DNA from: an uncultured candidatus Brocadiaceae bacterium
Lineage (GTDB): Bacteria > Planctomycetota > Brocadiia > SM23-32
Length of the DNA stretch: 64,000 bases
Direction: 5' to 3'
Assembly (NCBI GenBank): GCA_964521715.1
Contig: CAZFSS010000015.1
Span: forward strand, 10,060-74,059
In this document: one piece after another, positions 1 through 6,398 of the stretch
Layout: every line of letters starts with the position of its first letter
Numbering within the stretch: position 1 is the first letter of the stretch
Position numbers and translations under genes: made by a program
Notes under the pieces: generated by a model
Seen by the model: the letters and a program-made list of their open reading frames with translations, nothing else
Told to the model about the DNA's origin: nothing
Database searches by the model: none

Positions 1-72
1 GTCGAGCATTACACGGCAGTGGCGAATGAACGCGCCCAGATCCGGGAAGCACTCCACAAGCCGGTAAGCTAA
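1..72 (+). CDS. 3' end of a truncated hypothetical ORF (VEHYTAVANERAQIREALHKPVS*)
   Basis: Open frame from base 1 to TAA at 70-72, same strand as the rest of the element. Confidence 0.4.
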   Translation, partial: VEHYTAVANERAQIREALHKPVS

Positions 73-108
73 GTTGAGATGGATTGCCCCCCTGACGAAA
101 CGTGGCGA

Positions 109-327
109 ACGGCGCCGGCCCGTGGGAAACGGGCTCGCTGCGGGGGACCTCGGCATGTCCCGCGCGCCGTGGGGTCGGCGGGGTGAATCCGCCCAACCCT
201 CGACTTCTGATCATGGGGCACGTCGCCGCTCTGGCCGAGGAGTGCCCCCCCGCGCTCGTAACGCGGCCGGCGACAGCGTCTATGGTACGCCGGGGTTGGG
301 CCGGGCCTCTTGTAGGTACGGCCCGAC
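109..327 (+). ncRNA. Candidate structured RNA (three-way junction plus five tandem hairpins); strand assumed
   Basis: Pairings 109-115/164-170 enclosing 118-123/129-134 and 140-148/157-163; then 177-181/189-193, 215-221/242-248, 250-254/262-266, 267-272/288-293, 295-303/319-327. Confidence 0.4.
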
Positions 328-350
328 TTCCGGCGTGGAGGAGATGAGTC

Positions 351-710
351 ATGTCGGTGACGGCGAGCGAGAACCTTGGAGGATGGCAAGTAGTCTACGA
401 GTGGCTGTCGGATGGTTCGGGGGATGCGTCGGTTGCGGATACCACACAACTGCGCGGCTACGTGATGCGCATGGTCACGGTGCCTGATGCGGTTGCAGTG
501 CCGGCGGATGATTACGATGTGGAGCTTCACGACGGCGACGGGGCGGATGTTCTGGCCGGCGCCGGAGCGAACCGTGACGAGGCAACGCCAGAGAGCGTGA
601 ATCCGAGTGCACCGCCCTATGTGAACGGCAGTTTGACGCTGGTGGTGAGCAACGCGGGCGACGCGAAGGCCGGAAGTGTGCGGGTCTATCTGCGCAAGTC
701 GAAGGACTGA
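351..710 (+). CDS. Hypothetical beta-rich protein, possibly phage virion/head-module associated
   Basis: SD GGAGGAG 337-343; 119 aa; motifs P-x-DDYDV-x-L-x-D and GAGANRD recall an uncharacterised phage family (recall, not searched). Confidence 0.65.
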   Translation: MSVTASENLGGWQVVYEWLSDGSGDASVADTTQLRGYVMRMVTVPDAVAVPADDYDVELHDGDGADVLAGAGANRDEATPESVNPSAPPYVNGSLTLVVSNAGDAKAGSVRVYLRKSKD

Positions 711-712
711 CC

Positions 713-1045
713 ATGAATGACGAGGGGCTGCGCGAAGAGGAGGAGCTGGATTTTGCGCGGGAGAGGGCGCTTGATCTGGTTGCCGAACTGGAGGTAGGTG
801 AGCTGCGTCGGGGTTGCCCGGGCACCATCAGTAAGATCATCGAAGCGGCACGCGGCGAAGGCGCGGCGGCAGAGCGGGACCGGGCGCGGCAATTGGAGCG
901 GGCATTGCGCGGGGATCCACGCACGGCGCTGGAAGCCATCCTTCGCGGGCTCTCCGTCGAAGAGGCGAAGGGGATGGCCTACGACCGGGTCCAAGCGCGG
1001 ATCAGGGAGCTTGAGCGCAGGCCGGATCAAGCTGAGGACAGCTGA
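713..1045 (+). CDS. Hypothetical charged, helical protein (110 aa)
   Basis: Starts 2 nt after upstream stop, AAGGA upstream; E/R/A-rich. Confidence 0.65.
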   Translation: MNDEGLREEEELDFARERALDLVAELEVGELRRGCPGTISKIIEAARGEGAAAERDRARQLERALRGDPRTALEAILRGLSVEEAKGMAYDRVQARIRELERRPDQAEDS

Positions 1046-1067
1046 AATTGGACAATGTGTCCAATTT
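1045..1067. promoter_or_regulatory. Perfect 10-bp inverted repeat, candidate operator
   Basis: AAATTGGACA-atg-TGTCCAATTT; AT-rich in a GC-rich background. Confidence 0.5.
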
Positions 1068-1214
1068 GGCGGAGGGTGTCAGGTGCGCGTGCCACAAGAA
1101 TCGCACCCCCAGAGGCGGGGGCAAGGTCGCATGGCGGGACTTTTGTGGCGTAGCGGGGCTCTGGTGACGTGCAGGCGCGATTCTGGCGGCAAGGAGGCAA
1201 GGAGTAGAAAGGGC

Positions 1215-1244
1215 TTGACAAGGACGGCGTGAAAGGAGTATGAT
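1215..1244 (+). promoter_or_regulatory. Sigma70-type promoter
   Basis: TTGACA-18 nt-TATGAT. Confidence 0.7.
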
Positions 1245-1286
1245 CGTGGGTGTGAAGAATCGGCCAGTCAGAACAAGCGGAACTGC

Positions 1287-1606
1287 AACGCCCCGTGTGT
1301 GTGTCGGGGCGTTTCCATGTCGGGCGTCAGGTTCCGGGGCAGGCGACTGTCCCGGCGGCTCAGCCGAGCCGTTCACAGCCTGACGCCCGAGTCTTGTACG
1401 AAAGGAGCAAGGTCAGAGGAGCGCGACGCCCGGGGCCGGCGGCTGGGCCCCACCAGCAATGGCACTGCCGGCCCCGTGGCTGCGCGCATGGAGAGGGAAG
1501 TTCAGGAGTTGGCAAGTTTCGGTGTGGAAGGCGGCCTATTCGCACAGAACAGGCCGGGAAGGGTAGAGCCTGGTGCCGGATCGGAGGAGAAAACCCGAAC
1601 CGGCCA
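1287..1606 (+). ncRNA. Candidate structured leader/sRNA downstream of the 1215-1244 promoter
   Basis: Stems 1287-1295/1305-1313, 1320-1331/1379-1390 (12 bp perfect) enclosing a GCGA-tetraloop hairpin and 1356-1361/1366-1371, long stem 1421-1487, hairpins 1533-1555 and 1571-1606. Confidence 0.45.
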
Positions 1607-1626
1607 CGGGAGGAAAGGAGACGGCG

Positions 1627-1932
1627 ATGGGTACGTTGACGAGGGAGGAGAGGTGTCTGGTGCCGGAGCTGCATGGTCCTGCCTTGGATGTGCTGTTTGA
1701 CGAGTGGCGCATCTACGAAGCGCGGGCGGACAGCGGCTTCCAGCGGCTCACGCGGCAAGTCGTCGTATGGCGCCGCGGGAAGGTCGTGGCGACGCAGGAG
1801 TTCATCGGCCCGGCGGCCATCCTGGTGCCAATCGAGGTTGTCGAGTATCAAACCGATCAGGATGCGGAAGACCAGTACCGGCGCTCCTCTGAACATGAAC
1901 ACCGGCGGGCGGTGGCAGCGCAAGCGGAATGA
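1627..1932 (+). CDS. Hypothetical protein (101 aa)
   Basis: Strong SD AGGAAAGGAG 1611-1620 before ATG 1627; in frame with the 1573..1932 ORF. Confidence 0.6.
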   Translation: MGTLTREERCLVPELHGPALDVLFDEWRIYEARADSGFQRLTRQVVVWRRGKVVATQEFIGPAAILVPIEVVEYQTDQDAEDQYRRSSEHEHRRAVAAQAE

Positions 1933-1984
1933 CGCGCCTTTTTCGCCGGCATGTGCTGAGAAGTAAAGACGGGCTCCGTCCGGG

Positions 1985-2013
1985 TTGACTTCCACCGGAT
2001 CAGGGGTTAGCAT
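1985..2013 (+). promoter_or_regulatory. Sigma70-type promoter upstream of xis-int
   Basis: TTGACT-17 nt-TAGCAT. Confidence 0.5.
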
Positions 2014-2270
2014 ACGAGCGGGAAGATGATGGCAGCGGAGGGGGCGAGAGTACCCCCCCCCCCTTTGGGTCCTTTCAAAGGGAAATGCAGCCGGCAGGTT
2101 GATGGGCTGTGCCCCGAAAACGTGTCACAGGTCGAGATTTTTGGTATCAAACAGTATCAAGAGGCGGGTCGTCTGAAGTAGCAAACGGAGGAAAGGGAAG
2201 GAGGGGAGCGGATGGCCGACGCAATGTCTGATCGGCCAGTGAGGTGTCTGGCATGGAGGGTGGAAGGAGA

Positions 2271-2555
2271 ATGGCAGGGCCGGTCCTTGCGACGGCTGGC
2301 GACATCATTACCGACCTGGCTGAACTGCCGGGGGAGGCGCTTGTTACTCAGGCGTACATAGCCCACGTCCTAGGCGTGACGGCAAGGACGGTGCGCAACA
2401 TGGTTGTGCGCAACGAGCTGCCGGGGCCGATCCAGATGGGCCGGCGGGTCTACTGGGTCGCGGGGGTCCTGCGAACTTACATGCGGGAAGCAGCCGAGCG
2501 GGAAGCAGAAAGGGCGGCGGCGGAGATCCGGCGATACAAGGCACTAAGGCCGTAG
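2271..2555 (+). CDS. AlpA/excisionase-like HTH protein
   Basis: SD AAGGAG before ATG 2271; IAHVLGVTARTVRNMV...LPGPIQMGRRVYW; directly upstream of the integrase. Confidence 0.8.
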   Translation: MAGPVLATAGDIITDLAELPGEALVTQAYIAHVLGVTARTVRNMVVRNELPGPIQMGRRVYWVAGVLRTYMREAAEREAERAAAEIRRYKALRP

Positions 2556-2564
2556 GAGGCTGGC

Positions 2565-3845
2565 GTGGCCTACGTCTTCCGTAGCAAGCGCAAGGATGGC
2601 GCGCCGTATGGGCCCTGGCGCTTCCAGTTCACCGACTGGACCGGGCGACGCCGGACAGCAACCGCCAGTGCCTCAAAGACGCGGACCGAGAAGCTCGCCC
2701 AGGAGGTCGACCTGGAGCACCGACTTATTCGTCAAGGGCTACGGCCTGCGCCGGATCCTCATGCAGAGCACAAGAGGCGTCCCTTCTCGGAGCTTGCAGC
2801 GGAGTACTGCGAGTGGGGCGAAAGTCAGGGCGGGCGTGGTGGCCGGCCCTGGAGTGCAACACATGCCCGGATGCGGCGGACCTATCTGGCATGGTGGCGT
2901 GATAGCTTGCACCTTACGAGCTTAGGCGACCTTGGAGGCTGTCTGCCGCGCGTCGAGAAGGTGTTGCGTGACTTGCAGGGCAAGGGCCTCTCCAACAAGA
3001 CCGTCAGGAACTACGCCGAGGCGCTGATGGCCTTCTGTGGCTGGGGCACCATGCGCGGGTATCTGACCGAGAATCCGCTGAGGGGCCTGCGGGGTTTCGA
3101 CACCACGCCGGGCCACAGGAGGCGGGCGCTCACGCCCGAGGAGATCGGGCGCCTGCTGGAAGTTGCCCCGCCGGATCGGCGCATACTGTATCAGGTCGCC
3201 CTTTGCTCGGGGCTGCGGGCGAATGAACTGAGGTCCCTCACGCCAGCGGACCTGGACACGCAGAAGGGCGGACTACTGCTTCGGCCCGAATGGACGAAGA
3301 ACCGAAAAGGCGGCTTCCAGCCGTTGCCTGTGTGGCTCTTGCGGGAGCTGGCCGACTACGCCACCAGGGACAGAGCGACGGCGGCCTACCGGGAAGCGTA
3401 CGAGCAGGCCCACGCGGTAACGGAGGCGCCGGCTGGGCGCTTGCTATTCGTCCCTTCCCATCCGGCGGGGAGCTTCGACGAAGACTGTGCGGCGGCGGGT
3501 ATCCCAAAGCGAAAGCTCGGGGGCAAAGTAGACTTTCACGCGCTGCGGACGACCTTCGTGACGCTGTTGGACGGGGCTGGCGGCAGCGTAAAGGAGACAC
3601 AGACCTTGGCGCGCCATGCTGATCCCGCCCTAACCTGGAACGTCTACGGGCGGGCCTCAGAGGAGCGCCTTGCGGAACTGGCGGCAGTCGTGGGGGAGGT
3701 TGCGCGGGGGCGCGTACGTTACCCTGAGAGCATACAGGGAGCAGTACGCCGGATGGCCGTAGGCGCGCAAGTCTATGAGGAGCAAGAGGATAGGATGGTC
3801 GGGGCGGCGGGATTTGAACCCGCGATCTCTAGCCCCCCATGCTAG
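2565..3845 (+). CDS. Tyrosine recombinase/integrase
   Basis: SGLRANEL (R), WTKNRK (K), DFHALR (HxxR), ARHADPALTWNVY (H, Y); SD AGGAGG; C-terminus overlaps the tRNA antisense. Confidence 0.95.
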   Translation: MAYVFRSKRKDGAPYGPWRFQFTDWTGRRRTATASASKTRTEKLAQEVDLEHRLIRQGLRPAPDPHAEHKRRPFSELAAEYCEWGESQGGRGGRPWSATHARMRRTYLAWWRDSLHLTSLGDLGGCLPRVEKVLRDLQGKGLSNKTVRNYAEALMAFCGWGTMRGYLTENPLRGLRGFDTTPGHRRRALTPEEIGRLLEVAPPDRRILYQVALCSGLRANELRSLTPADLDTQKGGLLLRPEWTKNRKGGFQPLPVWLLRELADYATRDRATAAYREAYEQAHAVTEAPAGRLLFVPSHPAGSFDEDCAAAGIPKRKLGGKVDFHALRTTFVTLLDGAGGSVKETQTLARHADPALTWNVYGRASEERLAELAAVVGEVARGRVRYPESIQGAVRRMAVGAQVYEEQEDRMVGAAGFEPAISSPPC

Positions 3846-3874
3846 CGCCCTAAGCCAGGCTGGGCCACGCCCCG
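3796..3874 (-). tRNA. tRNA-Pro(GGG)
   Basis: CGGGGCG/CGCCCCG acceptor, anticodon arm CTAGC-ATGGGGG-GCTAG, GGTTCAAATCC T-arm, encoded CCA. Confidence 0.95.
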
Positions 3875-3886
3875 ACCGTCGGCACT

Positions 3887-3914
3887 ATTATAGTCTGCCC
3901 CTCGGAGGAATCAA
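3887..3914 (-). promoter_or_regulatory. tRNA-Pro promoter
   Basis: TTGATT-16 nt-TATAAT on the minus strand, 12 nt before the tRNA. Confidence 0.65.
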
Positions 3915-3964
3915 GCTTCAGGCGAAAGCGCGCGCCTTCGCCGCCAAGCAAGGAAACGCGCGTC

Positions 3965-4384
3965 TCATTCCCCGATGATCTGAACGAAGAGCTCGCGCTC
4001 GCGCGCCCGCACGTCGAAGTCGAAGAACACGATCTGCTGCCACGTCCCCAGCATCAGCCGGCTGTCCCGGAAAGGGATCGTGACGGACGGGCCGATCAGG
4101 CTCGCGCGCACGTGGCTGTGGCCGTTCTTGTCGTGCCATCGCTCCTCGTGGTGGTAGTAATGATCGTGCGGGGCCAGCTTCTCGAAGACTTCCTCCATGT
4201 CTTTGACCAGTCCCGGCTCGAACTCCATGGTGGTCACCGCGCCGGTTGACCCGGGGACGAAGACGGTCACGACACCGTCCGAGACGGAGCTGTCGGCCAG
4301 GATGTCGGACACGTCTTTGGTGATGTCCACCACGTCCATCTCCGCTTCCGTGCTGAACACGAATGTCCTGGTCTCTACGGTCAT
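3965..4384 (-). CDS. yjbQ: YjbQ/UPF0047 family protein
   Basis: VFVPGSTGAVTTMEFEPGL, HEERWHDKNGHSHVRASLIGPS, LGTWQQI; start reassigned to ATG 4384. Confidence 0.9.
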   Translation of the reverse strand: MTVETRTFVFSTEAEMDVVDITKDVSDILADSSVSDGVVTVFVPGSTGAVTTMEFEPGLVKDMEEVFEKLAPHDHYYHHEERWHDKNGHSHVRASLIGPSVTIPFRDSRLMLGTWQQIVFFDFDVRARERELFVQIIGE

Positions 4385-4499
4385 CTTATCTGTGTGCCTT
4401 CCGCCTTTTGGGTTGTATTCGCCACTAACTGCGCTATGATACCGTGACGGCAGGCAAAATGCGAAGTCCAAAATCCCCTGGCGCAGGCGAGCAGGGACG

Positions 4500-5156
4500 A
4501 TGTTCGGCGACCGCACGGACTACGACGGCGCTCGCAAGGCCATGGTGGATCAGCAGTTGAGACGCCGGGGCATCAAGGACGAGGGGGTGCTGGCGGCGAT
4601 GGGGAACGTCCCTCGGGAGAGGTTCGTGCCGCCGGACAGCCGCTCGCGGGCCTACTGCGACGGCGCCATGGGGATCGGATTGGGGCAGACGATCTCGCAG
4701 CCCTACATGGTCGCGTTGATGACGGAGGCCCTTCATCTGACGGGCACTGAGCGGGTGCTGGAGGTAGGCTCGGGCTCCGGCTATCAGGCGGCCGTCCTGG
4801 CGGAGCTTGCCGCGCACGTCTATACGGTGGAGCGGATCGCGGAACTGAGCGAGGGGGCGCGCAAGGTGCTCTGCGAGGAGCTGGGCTACGCGAACGTCTC
4901 GTTCAGGGTGGGGGACGGCACGCTGGGCTGGCCCGAGGAGGCGCCCTTCGATCGGATCATGGTGACGGCCGGGGCGCCGCACCGGCCCGCCCGGCTGGTT
5001 GACCAGCTTGCGCCGCTGGGGGAGGCGGTCGTGCCCGTCGGCGGGCAACACTGGCAGATGCTGACTCACTATCGCAAGGAGCCGGACGGGACGATCCGGG
5101 AGAGGGAGGTCTGCGAGTGCGTCTTCGTGAAGCTGATCGGTGAGGACGCCTGGTAG
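4500..5156 (+). CDS. pcm: Protein-L-isoaspartate O-methyltransferase
   Basis: GQTISQPYMVA, VLEVGSGSGYQAAVL, APFDRIMVTAG. Confidence 0.95.
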   Translation: MFGDRTDYDGARKAMVDQQLRRRGIKDEGVLAAMGNVPRERFVPPDSRSRAYCDGAMGIGLGQTISQPYMVALMTEALHLTGTERVLEVGSGSGYQAAVLAELAAHVYTVERIAELSEGARKVLCEELGYANVSFRVGDGTLGWPEEAPFDRIMVTAGAPHRPARLVDQLAPLGEAVVPVGGQHWQMLTHYRKEPDGTIREREVCECVFVKLIGEDAW

Positions 5157-5174
5157 CCCGGACCACGCGGCCCG

Positions 5175-6356
5175 TCACGCACTTCTCTGCGCCAGCAGTT
5201 CGCGGTAGAGTGCTTCGGTCCGGTCCACCATGGTCTCGATGCGGAACTGGTCGGCGAACCGGCGGCGCCCTTCCCGCGCCATGCGCCGCGCGTCCTCGGG
5301 GTTCCGGATCGTCCACACGACCGCTTCCGCCAGCTCGTCCACGGACTGCGGCGGCACCAGCCGGCCCGTCACACCGTCCAGTATGACCTCCGGCGCTCCG
5401 TCCAGATCGTAGGTGACCACCGGCCGCTCGCACAGCAGGGCCTGGACCAGCACGCGCGCCAGCCCCTCGCGCAGGGAGGCGTGGACCAGGACGTCCATGG
5501 CCCCGATTATCGCGGGGATGTCCTGCGGCGGAATGAGCCCGGCGAAAACCACCCGGTCGGCGATTCCGAGCTCGGCGGCCTCGGCGGCCAGCCGGTCCCT
5601 CAGGACGCCGTCGCCGACAAACAGGAACCTGGCCTGCGGGCATCGCGCGACGATCTTTGGGGCGGCCCTGAGAACGAACTCGTGGCCCTTCAGCTCGAAC
5701 AGGCGGGCGATCTTGCCGATGACCACGTCGTCCGCCCCGAACCCGAACCGGCGCCGGACGGATTGCCTCGTGCGGTCGGCGTCGCGATAGGCGTCCACGT
5801 CCATCCCGCTGTAGATGACGGTGAAGCCACCGCGAGGCCGGATGCCGGCCTGCCTGGCCTGCTCGACCATGGCTTGCGCCACACACACGATGCGGTCGGT
5901 GACGCGGGCGGCGGCTCGCTCCGCCAGGATGAAGGCGGCGTTGACGTGAGCCGGGGCATAGGGGTGGAAGGGCAGCCCCTCGACTGTGTGGATGACGGCG
6001 GGCACGCGCAGCAGATTTGCGGCGAAGCGGCCGAGGATGCCGGCCTTGGAGCTGTGCGTCTGCACGATGGCCGGTCGAAAACGCCGCAGCACTTGCACGA
6101 GCCTGAGCAAAGCTGCAGCGTCGCGGCAGGGGCGGACGGCCCGGCGCAACTCCGGGACCACGACGCAGGGGATGCCCCGGCGGCGCACTTCGGTGAGCAG
6201 CTCCCCCTCGGGGCCTATCGGCGGACCGGTCACGAGCAGCACTTCCCACTCGGGCCGCCGGTGCAGGATGTCGCAGGTGTGGAGGGTGTTCTCCTGGGCC
6301 CCGCCCAGGATCATTCTGGTGATGACGTGGGCGACACGGACGGGGGCAGTTCCCAT
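5175..6356 (-). CDS. Glycosyltransferase family 4 (GT-B)
   Basis: GGAQE, HSSKAG, EGLARVLVQAL, DGAPEVI. Confidence 0.9.
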   Translation of the reverse strand: MGTAPVRVAHVITRMILGGAQENTLHTCDILHRRPEWEVLLVTGPPIGPEGELLTEVRRRGIPCVVVPELRRAVRPCRDAAALLRLVQVLRRFRPAIVQTHSSKAGILGRFAANLLRVPAVIHTVEGLPFHPYAPAHVNAAFILAERAAARVTDRIVCVAQAMVEQARQAGIRPRGGFTVIYSGMDVDAYRDADRTRQSVRRRFGFGADDVVIGKIARLFELKGHEFVLRAAPKIVARCPQARFLFVGDGVLRDRLAAEAAELGIADRVVFAGLIPPQDIPAIIGAMDVLVHASLREGLARVLVQALLCERPVVTYDLDGAPEVILDGVTGRLVPPQSVDELAEAVVWTIRNPEDARRMAREGRRRFADQFRIETMVDRTEALYRELLAQRSA

Positions 6357-6398
6357 GCCATATCCCGGCGAGGATCACAGGCGCTGAGGTCGCAGCTT

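Larger units (their letters stand above)
1..3874. mobile_element. Right end of an integrated phage/satellite-like element at the 3' end of tRNA-Pro (left end outside window)
   Basis: Tyrosine integrase and AlpA/Xis-like gene abut the tRNA 3' end; upstream are co-oriented orphan ORFs. Second att copy is not in the window. Confidence 0.85.

Noticed and set aside
92-175. Hammerhead-like motifs CTGACGA (92-98) and GAAAC (126-130)
   Set aside because: Stem II does not close next to the core, the cleavage-site base would be G, and stem I is only 3 bp
1299-1700. 133-aa ORF over the structured leader
   Set aside because: No SD, low-complexity composition, overlaps the better-supported 1627 ORF
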